Shown here piece after piece: positions 39,561 through 52,875 of a stretch of 56,015 nt of DNA. The stretch lies in contig NC_068992.1 in the NCBI RefSeq assembly GCF_001194135.2, positions 33,587,195-33,643,209 of the forward strand, given 5' to 3'. The notes under the pieces were generated by a model. The model was given only the letters and a program-made list of their open reading frames with translations. It did no database searches and was not told where the DNA came from. This DNA is from Octopus bimaculoides (taxonomy: Eukaryota). Within the stretch, counting starts at the first letter, position 1; every line of letters begins with the position of its first letter. The position numbers were made by a program, and so were the translations under genes.

Positions 39561-42019
39561 ACCAAAAGAGGGCGTGTATCTTTGGTGGTAAAGCTGCTTG
39601 GTTGTTGATTCAACTGTGTCTGTAGAGGATTAGAAAAGATTTTAGACCTGCACTTTTCCAGTGTAAAATGTTTGGGAATCCAATTACTTGTCAGTTTTAA
39701 TAACTAAATACATACATTTTGCAAAATAGGAGAATTTCAGAATCACTGGGTATATCAAGACGTAATATATTATATGGCTTAAAGTACCCAAATAGAAACA
39801 ACATTTATGTAAAGTACATTTACATGAAGTACATCGACACACTTGGTGTACATCAGCAGGAACCACATCTAAATATAAAAAAGTATCCATACTTGAAGTA
39901 TAGGTAACATGTAAAGTATATATTTAACCTTGAATATGAAGTACATTTAAACCAGAACATGAAAAATATCTACATCTGAAGTGAAAACCAAGTAAGCAGC
40001 CAACAATATGGCTGGGAAATGGTTTCTAAATGCAGATAATTGAAGAGTAAGTTAGATATAAGATATATAGAGAAAACAGAATAGTACTTGAAATATGTAC
40101 TTGAAAATTAACTGATGAGCTAGGTGTTAAGTTTACTTAAATAAGTGAGAAGCACTGTGAGATAATTAGGGATGCAAGCTGTTTAGGAAATGAGTAAAGC
40201 AATTGACAGCAATAATAGAAGTGAACTAGTACTCAATCATTAAGGAAAATAAAGCAGACTGGATATGCTATTCTTATTGATTTCCTGGTTATGTGATTTA
40301 AATAAAGATAGTGTGTTGCTATTTAATTCGACAGTTAAGCAATGCATATAAATTATTTGCAAGACATTGAAGTATTTTCAAAAGTACTGAAAAACAAGTT
40401 TTGTAAGAAGTGGTTAAAGTCACTTGATTAGCTAATCAGATATCAGGACCAAAGGCAAATCTGATTAGAATTTCAATGTGAAAATAAAGTTAATAAACCA
40501 TAGCAAGAAAAATCATAGCATAGAACAACCAATAAAGAAAGGCTAAATATTTTGTTTTAGTTTAATAACCACTAGATTATAAAACATGAAACTAAAGATC
40601 AGATGACAGGCTAAAAGTGCAGAAGTCTGCCACATTGAAGACAATTTGGCTTTGTAGTGTAAAAGGTTATAATTGGAGACAGGAATGAACAGCAGTTGGT
40701 GAAATTAAAACAAAACGAGAAAAGCAAAAGAAAAAACGATTACATCCACAACCTACACAACTCGTGGGCTGACTATGTGCTGAAATAATTTTAAACCAAT
40801 GGTGATTCTTCTCAGAACATTATCACAGAAATTCTTTGAGAGATAATAATAATTGCCTTCAAAAAGTAAATTAATAGTAGCAAGGTGAACTGCTTCAAGC
40901 TGCAAGAATTGTTTGAATATGGAGGCTTAAAAGCAGTTATATAAAGATAGTATCTCCAATATGAATAAGTTATTTGTTCTTTATATCTTAAAGCCTACTA
41001 TATAGACTTTGTTTAAACATAGAAAATAGAAATAAATTAGCTTTGAATAGTTACATCAATAATGGTGAAGAAGATCATTCTTAGGTCAGATTCAATCATC
41101 AATATGATTTAAACAGACTGGCTTTATAATGTAATAGATAGACTTGATTTTATTCTAAAGTAGGTATAAAAAAAATTAAAACAAGATGTTATTAAATAAG
41201 CTTATATTAAAGGCTCTACATGAATTTAGTAAATGATTGATTTCAATATTTGTAAATTTCCTACTCAACAAATAACAATGGTTTATAATTTGGTCATAAA
41301 ATAATGTATCTTATTTTATGTTGGAAAATGTTTTGCTATAAACAATAAAACTGCAGTAAAACAGCAGAATCAGAGGAAACTAATGATGTTATATGGTAGG
41401 CAAAAAATAATATAACTAACATAACAGTGAAAAACTTTATGTGGTGAGGGAGAAAAGAAGTTTAGTATTTCGTTGGAGAGAGATAAATTATAGAGTTGTC
41501 ATTATTTTAGGCAAAAAACTGTTAGGGGTGGCGTAATATAGTGGAGGTGGGTGTGGAGCAGCTAGCATGAGAAGAAAGTAAGAGAGAAAACAAAGATGTT
41601 GTGTGATTAGTTTGTGAGTTGCAGGATGAGGGAAGAAATGAAGAGTCTGTGAGGACACAGTAGAGCTTGTATAGGTCAGGTCAAGTGAGAATACAAGACA
41701 TGATATGAACAGGAGGACAAATACACAGTAACAGAGTCAAACACACACATACATGCAAAAGAGAGGATAGTGACTAGAGATTTGTACAAAATTTAGAGAA
41801 TATAAAAAGCCTCTAAAAAAATAGTTGGAATTATAAAGACAAAATTGTCTAATGAAAATATTATCAGTAAACTGTAGTTTGTTGAGGAGAATATATATCT
41901 TTCTGTTATTGAGAGCTTCTCAAAGACCATGCATTCAAATTCAACTTTTTCAAAATATCCATTTTCTCAGCAATTTTTCAGTATCTGGTAAGATTCAACT
42001 TCAATGACACTTTAGTTTA

Positions 42020-44150
42020 AACATCACAGAACCTGGGATAAATGCCCTCTTCTATCTGTCTTTATTGTGGGTGGAGGATTTGTTCTTTGTAAAGAGTGGT
42101 TCTTCGGCGGAGTGATATTCCTGTTTGGCCAATATAATGATTACCACACTCTAAGCATGTAATGGCATAGATTAGATTTTTGAGGCACAGGTGAAATTTG
42201 ATTTAATCTTAAATATTTCACCTTGTTTAAAGTGGATCTCTGAGCTCTTAAAAAAGTGGGGGTATGTACCACAGTTAGGTCGACCACATTTTTTCACTTT
42301 TGGTTCTGCTGTTAATGGATATAGTCTTGCGCTGGTTAATAATTTTTTCAATGATTTAGGTTGCATTTTGGTTTTGATAATTTTGTGCGAGCCTAAAATT
42401 TTGTTCATTGTTTTATCTCTTGTGAGGACGGGAAGATTTTGGATGAGAACGTTAAAGGCTTCGTTGTTTCTAGGGTTATGTGTGGAGATGTATGGGAGTA
42501 TTTTAAAGTCTGGTTTAGTATTTCGGTTGACTTCCCTTGATGCTCGTATATCTATTTCTTTAGCTCATTTAATGCCATAATTTATTAATGATATTGGGTA
42601 ATGTCTTTTGATTAGTATTGATCTGAATTCAAGGAGTCTTCGTTTACAAGTATAGGTGTCCAAAACTATGATACAGATTCTTTTCACTAGATTATAAGGT
42701 ATATTAATTTTTATGTGTTTGGGGTGGCATGAGTTGAATAATAGGTATTGTTTTGAATCTGTGGATTTATAGAAGATGTCCATTTCGATGTGATTATTGA
42801 CTATTTTAATTAGGATGTCAAGAAAAGAGAGTTGTTTACTGCTGTTCTCCCTGGTGAATTGTATGTTGCTATTAATATTGTTAAGCATTATTTTGAAATC
42901 TAGGAGTTTGTCCATGCTGTCTTTCCAAAGTATAAAGCAATTGTCCAAATACCTCTTCCACTTCTCCTTTAAATAATAATGAAATGAGGTGCCATATTTT
43001 TGTAGTGATGATTGGTATATTGTAAGTTCTAGGTAATCCATTACAAGGTTCACAATCAGTGGAGCAACTCGGGTTCCCATTGCAATTCCATACTTTTGTC
43101 GATAGTAAACTGTATCAAACAAGAAGTAGTTGTTCAGTAGGATGAATTTGAGTGCTGCGATTATGAATCTGTGGTTCATGCATCCTGGAATCTCTTCTGG
43201 GTAATTTCTAGCCAGAAGGTGATTGCTTCTATACCATAATCGTGTGGGATATTGGTGTACAAATTCACCACATCAAATGATACTAACAGGATTCCTTCAT
43301 TTATTGTCTTCGGGAGGTGGTTAAGCACATCTAAGTCATCCCTGATGAAGCTTTTCACATATTTTAGAAACGGTTTGAGTAAGATGTCGAACAAGTTGCT
43401 CAAACGTTGGGTTTCACAAGCAGGGCCAGCAATGATGGGTCTCAGTTTGAGGTCAGTAGGGGGAGGAACATTAAGGCACTTTGCAAGCTTGACAAATATG
43501 TAGATTTTTGTATATTTTAGGTAATCCGTAGAATAGATTAGGTCTGTATTTAAAATTGGATAAATNNNNNNNNNNNNNNNNNNNNNNNNNNNNNNNNNNN
43601 NNNNNNNNNNNNNNNNNNNNNNNNNNNNNNNNNNNNNNNNNNNNNNNNNNNNNNNNNNNNNNNNNNNNNNNNNNNNNNNNNNNNNNNNNNNNNNNNNNNN
43701 NNNNNNNNNNNNNNNNNNNNNNNNNNNNNNNNNNNNNNNNNNNNNNNNNNNNNNNNNNNNNNNNNNNNNNNNNNNNNNNNNNNNNNNNNNNNNNNNNNNN
43801 NNNNNNNNNNNNNATTAGATCTTTCCATTCGTTTACATTAAGGTTGGATTTAATTCGTTGTTTTTGTAGGGTATTAAAAGGAAAATTGGTAATGCGTTCA
43901 CAAAAAGCATCAAGTGCTTTATTTCTACCTTTTTGCTTTTTACTATTGAGTCATCATCACTGGTGCAGTTGTGAAGTGCTTCTGTGAGGCATAATTTTCA
44001 ACAGAAATCCATAGTGTTATCCTTAATTTCATTCAGGTTCGATCTGCAAGGGATTGGACAAAACTTTAGACCTCTTGCTAGAATTTTAGTTTGTGTAATA
44101 CTTAGGATTGATAATTTTCGGTTGTTCTTGTACATTTTGTTCCATTTCAC
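42020..44150 (-). mobile_element. Penelope/Poseidon-like PLE ORF, disrupted (N-terminus, RT, Zn linker, GIY-YIG)
   Basis: ILARGLKFCPIP, RPIIAG-like (RPIIAGP), LVSFDVVNLYTNIP, GIAMGTRVAP, WKRYLDNCF (YLDD-like), LSFLDI, SCHPKH, CGRPNC, NLIYAITC..YIGQTG. Stops, frameshifts and a gap are present. Confidence 0.9.
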
Positions 44151-44199
44151 ATCTCTGTTTCTCTGATTTAGGTTTAAAAAATGGTTGTAGCAGGTGGAT

Positions 44200-44520
44200 T
44201 CCTGTTTGGTTCACTAGACTGTTGATTAACATCCCAGTCATCTCCTACTCTTGTATTTGTACACATTTACAAAATGGCTTACTGAAATGAACTTCCATTA
44301 TGCAGCTGAGGAGTACATTTTCATTACACATCTTATGTAGTGTTCTCACTACATAAATCAATGAAGCTTGTATGAAGCATACATACTGCTATAACCTAAT
44401 ACATTTTTGTTGCTTTCTTCAAATTTAATTCACCAAATCTCTTGATTTTGTTTTGGGATTTTACCCTACCAAATTCTGGTGCCACTAACATTTTAAGTAC
44501 CACATTTAATCTTTTGATTA
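44200..44520 (+). mobile_element. PLE terminal segment inverted relative to the adjacent ORF
   Basis: Homologous to the reverse complement of about 57-330; carries an HHR relic and ends at (ATT)n/(AT)n. Confidence 0.65.
44298..44394 (+). ncRNA. Hammerhead ribozyme relic, same family as 87-181
   Basis: ttatgcag CTGAGGA gtac...gtat GAAG CATACA TA ctgc(t)ataa. GAAA has become GAAG and CGTACG has become CATACA; the nested hairpin atgtagtg/cactacat lies in helix II. Confidence 0.7.
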
Positions 44521-44530
44521 AATCTATATT

Positions 44531-44579
<49 letters not shown>

Positions 44580-44603
44580 TCATAAGAATGGTACAACAAG
44601 GTA

Positions 44604-44635
<32 letters not shown>

Positions 44636-46425
44636 CTGGGAAGAGGTAGGGGTCCACCAAGGCTCAGTACTCAGCCCCCTCCTATTTATCACAGTCCTCC
44701 AGGCAATAACAGAGGAATTCAAGACAGAATGCCCCTGGAAGCTCCTCTATGCTGATGACCTTGCTCTAATTGTTGAGTCACTATCAGAACTAGAGGAGAA
44801 ATTTCAGGTGTGGAAGCTACGATTAGACTCGAAAGGCCTTAGAGTCAACCTAGCTAAAACCTAAGTAGAAAAGCAGACAAACCACAAACCCCTTCAGGTA
44901 GATGGTCCTGCTCAATCTGTAGAAAAAGCATAGGTGGAAACTCTATAAGATGTACCCAGTGTAAGCTATGGACGAATAAGTGGTGCAGCAATATCAAAGG
45001 AAGGCTAACTAGGAAGATAGTTTTTGTATGTGGCAGATGCTCAGGAGCAATAAACACTGAAAATGTGCAGAGAACAACTTCTGCCACATTCCAGGGAGAA
45101 AAACTAAAAGTAGTTAATAGTTTCTGTTATCTAGGTGACCAAGTGAGTAACGGGGGTGGGTGCTCTGAAAGTGTAGCTGCTAGAATAAGAATAGCCTGGG
45201 CAAAGTTCAGAGAGCTCTTACCTCTGCTGGTGACAACGGGCCTCTCGCTCAGAGTAAAAGGCAGACTGTATGACACATGTGTACGAACAGCGATGCTGCA
45301 TGGCAGTGAAACATGGGCCATGAATGTTGAGGACATGCGTAAGCTTGCAAGGAACTGGATGTGTAATATTAGTGTGCATACTCAACAGAATAAAAGTGCC
45401 GTGAGAGAAAAATTGGACATAGGAAGCATCAGATGTGGTGTGCAAGAGAGACGATTGCGCTGGTATGGTCATGTGGTACGAATGGATGAGGATAGCTGTG
45501 TGAAAAAGTGTACCACCCTAGCGGTTGAAGGAAACTGTGGAAGAGGGAGGCCTAGGAAGACCTGGGATGAGATGGTGAAGCATGAACTTCGAACATTAGG
45601 CCTCACTGAGGCAATGACTAGTGACTGAGACCTTTGGAAATATGCTGTGCTTGAGAAGACCTGGCAAGCCAAGTGAGACCATAACCTGTGGCCTATGCCN
45701 NNNNNNNNNTATGCTGTGCTTGAGAAGACCTGGCAAGCCAAGTGAGACCATAACCTGTGGCCTATGCCAGTGGTGTAACCAGCCCACTTATGCGTACCTT
45801 TCTTTCATTAGACACTAAACTCTACTTGTGAAGACCTGTCACACAAGTGAAATCGAAAACAAATTTGATGACAGCACTGCATGACTGGCATCCATGCTAG
45901 TGGAGCGCTAAGAGCACCATCTGAGTGTGATCATTGCCAGGGCCACTGACAGGCCCCCGTGCCAGTGGCATGTAAAAAGCACCATTCGAGCATGATCGTT
46001 ACCAGTGTCGCCTTACTGGCACTTGTGCCGGTGATACGTGAAAAACTATATTCAAGTGAGGGCATTGCCAGTGCCACTGGACTTGCTCCTGTGCAGGTGA
46101 CATGTAAAAACACCATTTGAGCATGGCCGTTGCCAGTACCGCCTGACTGGCCCTCATGCCGGTGGCATGTAAAAGCACCCACTACACTCTCAGAGTGGTT
46201 GGCATTAGGNNNNNNNNNNCTCATGCCGGTGGCATGTAAAAGCACCCACTACACTCTCAGAGTGGTTGGCATTAGGAAGGGTATCTAGTTGTAGAAACTC
46301 TGCCAGATCAGATTGGAGCCTGGTGCAGCCATCTGGCTCAACAGCCCCCAGTCAAACCGTCAAACCCATGCCAGCATGGAAAGCAGACGTTAAACGATGA
46401 TGATGATGATGATGATGATGGTGGT
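44636..46425 (+). mobile_element. RTE LINE, 5'-truncated at the RT QG motif, with 3' UTR
   Basis: GVHQGSVLSPLLF, YADDL, FCYLGDQV, RLRWYGHV, GRGRPRKTW, then the 3' UTR and (GAT)n. Confidence 0.9.
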
Positions 46426-46540
46426 GATATATACACGTATATATATATATATATATATATATAATACAAAGAATATATATACATGTATACACACATATAT
46501 GTACATACTTACATCTACATGTGTATATACATGCATATCA

Positions 46541-46676
46541 GGGTACAGGACGTTAGAACAATAAACTACAGACAACGGAACGAACACATAGGAAAACGGA
46601 AAGCCCCTTGGAATATCCCTTCATCAGCTGTCTCTATTCTATCTAGACGTTTCGATATATATATATATATATATAT

Positions 46677-46739
<63 letters not shown>

Positions 46740-46862
46740 CATACATACATACATACATACAAACATACATACACACTAAGACATACATATGTATTAAAGC
46801 AAATTAGAGTAATAGAGAAAAAGAACATATATATATATATATAAACTTCCTCAGTACTAGAA
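46541..46862 (-). mobile_element. ORF-less PLE-type tail with a possible microsatellite-split hammerhead
   Basis: Terminus gggtacaggacgt as at 14414. On the minus strand, CTGAGGA is at 46854-46848, GAAACGTC at 46653-46646 and a second CTGATGA at 46627-46621. Confidence 0.5.
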
Positions 46863-48252
46863 AATATGTTATGCTCATATTTGAAAATGACCAGATGATG
46901 TTTTCCTATAACTTCTACTTTTCCTTCAATATATAATTATGTCAAATTAATTCTTTACTAAATTGAGTTGCCTAGAAAAGTCTTATAAATGACTTGCGAG
47001 GGTGATTGAGATTTGCAATCTCCTAGCTGTAGTTCCCCCCTCCCCACCTACTATACACTACTTTGTTTAGGTTTATTATACCTATGGGTTGATACTGAGT
47101 AAACAAATTTTGCAGAAGCCTATTGAACTGATTTATACTTATTCTTTGGTGTTTCTTAATATAAAACCATCATCTGGTCTTTAGGTGCTTTTGGCAAAGT
47201 TCACACATTGGTTACAATTCGAATTAGGTTTTTATTCTGACAAAAACCAAAGGGAAATTGTTTCTTCCACTCTTTCTTTCGTTATTTTCAGAGATCCTAC
47301 AGCACCTTTTCCTCTATGTCATTAAAAAGGAGTGTATACTTCTCAAGATGTAATGTAACCACTTTTTGTATATGCAATTAAAATAAGTACTATGAAAAAT
47401 AAGAAATGCATTTTTACTTGTCAGAAAGAAGCAAGGGATCCAGTAAACACACTATTTATTGTAATAGGTTATTGCCAAAAAAAAAAAAAAGGAAAAGAAA
47501 GTAAAAATGAATACTTCAAATGGTTGTTTCATAATCAGATTGAAACGATTTACTTCTTACTGAAGTCTAAAACTTTTGCCATGCCATTTACAGAATTGCC
47601 ATAATTTACATTTTTATAACGAGGAGTATTGATCTTTATACAGCTAGTTTAAAACCATTATCAGAGCAGTTTCTATGATGTTATTTCCACATCAAGCAAG
47701 AGGTTTGTGCTTATAACCCCATATACGGTACCTATGGTTACGTACTGCATTTGATTTTCTGTCTTCAATTGTCCACAGGTTAGAGACTGTCCATCAAAGA
47801 AATATTACTCAAATAAGCAGCAGTCATTCAAGCTGAAAAATGCATATTTAAACACACCATCAAAATGCTTCTGTTAATAATAGATAAAGACTATCATCAG
47901 AGAGCTTAATTTAGTTAAATCTATTGATTTTATACTTTTATCTAATAAAGAGTACTGTCCTGCACTATTATAAGTTACTGTATGCTTCAATTTGTGATTT
48001 ATCACATACACAGTAACCTAGATAAATATACGTCTTCTTTCATATAACCATCAAACAGAAAACACACACATTTAATACACACTCTCTCTCTCTCTTTCTC
48101 TCTCTCTCTATCTCTCTTGTCCTCTTTCTTTATATACACACATACATAATGCATACTTACAATCATGCACACACACACATGCATGCATGTATGTATATAT
48201 ATATATATATATATATATAAATATATATATAAACATATGCATATATATACAT

Positions 48253-48334
<82 letters not shown>

Positions 48335-50407
48335 NNNNNNNNNNACATACATGTTCAAATATATTTACAGCTCTTCTTAGATTTGAATGACCTTCCATCT
48401 TGACCAAAATAATAAAAATCTGTTGGTTGGCCATGAAGAAAGGCCAGAACGTTTAATGTTGTATTGATGATAAATATTTTTGTACCAAAGTCTAGAGCCA
48501 TGAATTTATAGACAAAATGAATGAAGCAATGGAATAGTTGGGTCTTTGTCGAAGGTGTTAGCGACACAGCAGACACTTTGCTCACCCACTGGTATTTGTA
48601 TTGATTTCTGTGAATGAAGGGAAAAATTCTTACAATAATACTACCTTTCTTCAAAATATTTATTTATAAATATTCATAAAAGTGTTTTTGAAAGTTGATT
48701 ATTGTTATTAAAAGTACCAGTGGAGGAATCAGGAGAGCGATTGACAATAAACCTTAGCAATTTGATGTGTTCTGCATCCAAATCTTTGCCTTTCATTTTT
48801 TGGTGTTGTTGCTGTAGTAAGTACAACAAACTAAGCTGATCATTTCAATCAACTGCTCTCTCCCCAAACAAGTTTGTGGTTTTGTGACTATGTTAGAAAT
48901 TAATGGATATGTCGATATATTAGTACTGTCTTCTACTTGAGTTTTGGAATATTTTCATTTATATATTGGTTATAATTTGATCATAGTACAAAGATTCTTG
49001 CAGATATTTCCACTAATATAAGAAAGAATTTGATCAAACATGCTAGCATCTAATATAATTTTATCTTTCAATAATGTTCTTACCCACACTTACTTTACAA
49101 GTAACTTTTTGATATTTCTTTTTGTATGTGAGAGTAGTTATTCTTGATAAAAGCACCCCTGGTCCTAGATACCACACAAACCATACCAGTATGTGAAATG
49201 GAGGAGAAAGCAACGATTTCACTATGATGATGATGGTGATGATATTGACAACAGCAATAGTAATGAATGCTTACCATTCCATCTGATTTCTAAAGTTCTC
49301 ACTGAAGTAATTTTGGATTGCTACTTTGTTTAACCCTTTTGTTATCAACTTGGATCAAACTGCCTCTGGCTCCGTAGTACAAGTGTCTTATTTGCATAAG
49401 TTTTGAATTAAAATCTTCCACCAAACCTTAGTCACGATTAATGTTCCTAACACTAGCTTAATGATAACTAAGTTATTTCACTAAATTCTTTGTTATATTT
49501 AAAATAATTGAGAGAAACACAGAGCATCTAAAAAAAAGATACAATAACGAAAGGGTTAAATGACTGTGAAATGTAACTTTCATCATTTATATCAACCATT
49601 TAAAAGTATTTTCGATTTTCAGTGAAGGTAGTGTTTGGGATGAAGTGGTGAAGACTGATCACACCTGATAAGTGTCATAAGGGAGATAACAAGTAACCAT
49701 GCCAATAGGTAACTTGTTATACTGGTGAGAACCTACTCCTGAAGACAAGCATGGCAAAAAAGAATGTATTACTTGTCTGAAAATGTTGGTCACTAGCACC
49801 TTTTTGCTTCAGTTTACCCTCTAACGTCTCCCTGCCTTTTTTCCCAGTACTTTTGTCCTATGCTCTCACACCACTCTGTAATATCCTTCTCCCTACCTCC
49901 TCTTCTTATCTCACTGCTCTTGTTGCTTCCATCTTCTATTCTCTTTCATCTCTAGGGTACTCTACAGTCTTTCCATTTATCACAGCCTTTTCCTACATTC
50001 ATCCACTGGTCACCCCCTATCTTTTTCTCTTACTACATTCTCCCACCTGTGATACTTTCTTTGTGTTCCCACTCTGCTCTTACCCTCTACCTCTATGGTA
50101 CCTTCTAGTTTTTTTTTTCCCTCCCTTCTCTTGCTGCACTAACTCACTGCTCACCCAACCTCTGCTTCATTTTATCTCACTACCCTGTCCCCACATCTTC
50201 TCTACCATCTCATTACCCTCTTATCTCTCCATTTTAGGGATACTGTCCTGACCCTCACACTTCTCTTTCCTTCAATGACTCTCTCCAAAACCTTGCTACA
50301 CCCATCTATCTCTTTCATGTTTCCTTTCCTTCACATACATTTATTTTCACCTTTACAATGTGGGTTGATTCCGGAACACCTTATACCAGCCAAAGCAATT
50401 ACTATAT

Positions 50408-50447
<40 letters not shown>

Positions 50448-50706
50448 CATACATACATACATACATACATACATANNNNNNNNNNNNNNNNNNNNNNNNN
50501 NNNNNNNNNNNNNNNNNNNNNNNNNNNNNNNNNNNNNNNNNNNNNNNNNNNNNNNNNNNNNNNNNNNNNNNNNNNNNNNNNNNNNNNNNNNNNNNNNNNN
50601 NNNNNNNNNNNNNNNNNNNNNNNNNNNNNNNNNNNNNNNNNNNNNNNNNNNNNNNNNNNNNNNNNNNNNNNNNNNNNNNNNNNNNNNNNNNNNNNNNNNN
50701 NATATA

Positions 50707-51073
50707 TGGCTGCATGGTAAGTAGCTTGCTTACGAACCACATGGTTCCAGGTTCAGTCCCACTACGTGACACCTTGGGCAAGTGTCTTTACTATAACCTC
50801 AGGCCGACCAAAGCCTTGTGAGTGGATTTGGTAGACGGAAACTGAAAGAAGCGTGTCGTATATATGTATATGTTTGTGTGTCTCTTTTTGTCCCCCCAAC
50901 ATCACTTGACAACCGATGCTGGTGTGTTTACATCCCCATAACTTAACAGTTCGAAAAAATACCAATAGAATAAGTACTAGGCTTACAAAGAATAAGTCCT
51001 GGGGTTGATTTGCTCGACTAAAGGCGTTGCTCCAGCATGGCCACAGTCAAATGACTGAAACAAGTAAAAGAGT
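50707..51073 (+). mobile_element. SINE family A
   Basis: Low-divergence copy whose 5' end lies just after a gap. Confidence 0.85.
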
Positions 51074-51864
51074 ATATAGTACTTTTTGAAGTGTGTTGCA
51101 TTGTGTTGACAGACTTGCACTTTAAATCCTCGTATTTTAAATCAAAACTTTTTAGTTATTATGGTAATAACACTACCTACACATCTGTCTACCTATATTT
51201 GACTCTCTCTCTCTCTCTCTCTCCCTCCGTCTCTTAACAACTTTTCTCCTCTACTTCTAGAAATACAGTGTGACATATTTTGATTCGTCCCCTTCTTTCT
51301 CTCCCCTTAATAGATATTGTGACAGACAGATAGAGACCCACTTCTCTTTTAAAATATAAAATTCAAATTCGAGATTGTCTCCCTTTCTTTTGTTGATAAA
51401 ATTAGTAAAAGTAAGCAAGTTATTTTTCTCATTTATATTGATGTAATTTTAAATAAATTAAAATCTCTTGGTTCATAACCCACTTCACTGTATGTCTTTA
51501 AAGTGACAGCTGTCTAAGTTGATATGTATAGTATTAGAAGATCAGAAGAAAACCCTTTTGATATGTATTGCATCAATGACCACAAGACTTAATTATTGGT
51601 AGAAGAGTTTACCTACATCAGTATGGTAAGTAGAATGCATCAAAGTTAACAGTTACATCAGAATGGATAAGTAGAATGCATCAAAGTTAACAGCTGGAGT
51701 TGTGAATAATTAATGGGCGTTTAGTTTATGATGCTGAGTTTAAATCCTGTTATGGCTTCTGCAAATGGTTGCATTCTCCATCCTTTAATGAATAAAACTG
51801 AATAAAAACAAACAATTTATAGGGGATAAAAAGTAGATATTATATTTATATCAATATCTTCATC

Positions 51865-52350
51865 ACTAATTTTATTTTTATTGTGGTTTCACTATACTGT
51901 CAAGTGCAGTGGGTACATGGAGTGTTTTGTTTTGACTTTGTTGTTTTTACTATGTTGAAAGTGCTCTACATAGCAGTGCTATTTTCTGTATGTCATGAAG
52001 ATGTCCTAGATGTTTAGCAATGTATTTGTATTCTTCGTTTATTCTAACACACCTATTATTTTCAGGAGTTTCTGCTTTCAGGCCACATATTTGGGTTATA
52101 TCTACTTCCAGATTGTTATACAAAAATAATTTCTCCATTTCTTTTAGAAATATACTATTATCTGTGGGAGCTCATATGTCATTTAAGAGAAATTTCTTTT
52201 CCCGGTCATTCTTATAAAAAATATCTTGTCAATTAACCAAGATCTCCTTGTCCATGTGTATTAATATATATATCAGAGCATGGTTGTTTTGTCATTCTGA
52301 AAGACCTTTTCTGGTATAAGCCTATACTGTCTCTTTTCTGTTAGTATTTC
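51865..52350 (-). mobile_element. R4/Dong-type RLE LINE 3' fragment
   Basis: KFLLNDI*APTDNSIFLKEMEKL..LEVDITQICGLKAET..IQKIALL..ALST parallels 6080-6320. Confidence 0.75.
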
Positions 52351-52875
52351 ATGATAATGGCATAACTTTCAGCATCATCGTCATCATTATTATACATTTT
52401 CTTTCCAAGTTGGCAGTGGCTGGATAAGGTGTCACAGTACAAGTTAATTATAATTTAGAGTCACAGCCCTCAAACGTAGGTTGGAGGGTGTTTCATTATC
52501 AACTTCATCGCTATCACTGGATGCCTTTACGCTTGTTAATCATTTCACAAAGTGCAATAGCTACTTTTTAATTTGGTGAGAGCACTAAACAGGTCATCAT
52601 ATATTAAAAAAAACCACACTGTTGGGTCTTCTCAATCCTACACTTTCTCCACATGTTTATAAATCCCTTTACATAGCACATTGGTTGCATTTTATCATGG
52701 CACTTTACTACAGAGATTTTCATATCCACTATGGGACAGGAGTAAAGAATCTTATCAACCCTGTACTTTCTCTGCTCACTCACCAGCCACGTTTCATAAT
52801 TCCAGCAGAAGGGTTGCCTTGTACATTATAAGTGCAGAAAGTACTCAATACTTCGAAATATATATATATATATAT

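Noticed and set aside
39700-39960. Recurring aagtacat motif and Tyr/Lys-rich short ORF
   Set aside because: The spacing is irregular, so it is not a CRISPR or tandem array, and the peptide is unrecognised low-complexity sequence.
45640-46275. Direct repeats on either side of the 9-10 bp N gaps (about 45640-45775 and 46150-46275)
   Set aside because: These are typical unmerged contig overlaps, most likely assembly artefacts.
47185-47230. GAFGKV kinase-like glycine loop after a tttag acceptor
   Set aside because: It is a six-residue match with no good donor site and no other kinase subdomain in the window.
48355-48654. 99-aa minus-strand ORF as a stand-alone gene
   Set aside because: It has no recognisable domain. 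LAFLHG is not followed by an HRD motif, and it runs into a microsatellite/gap.
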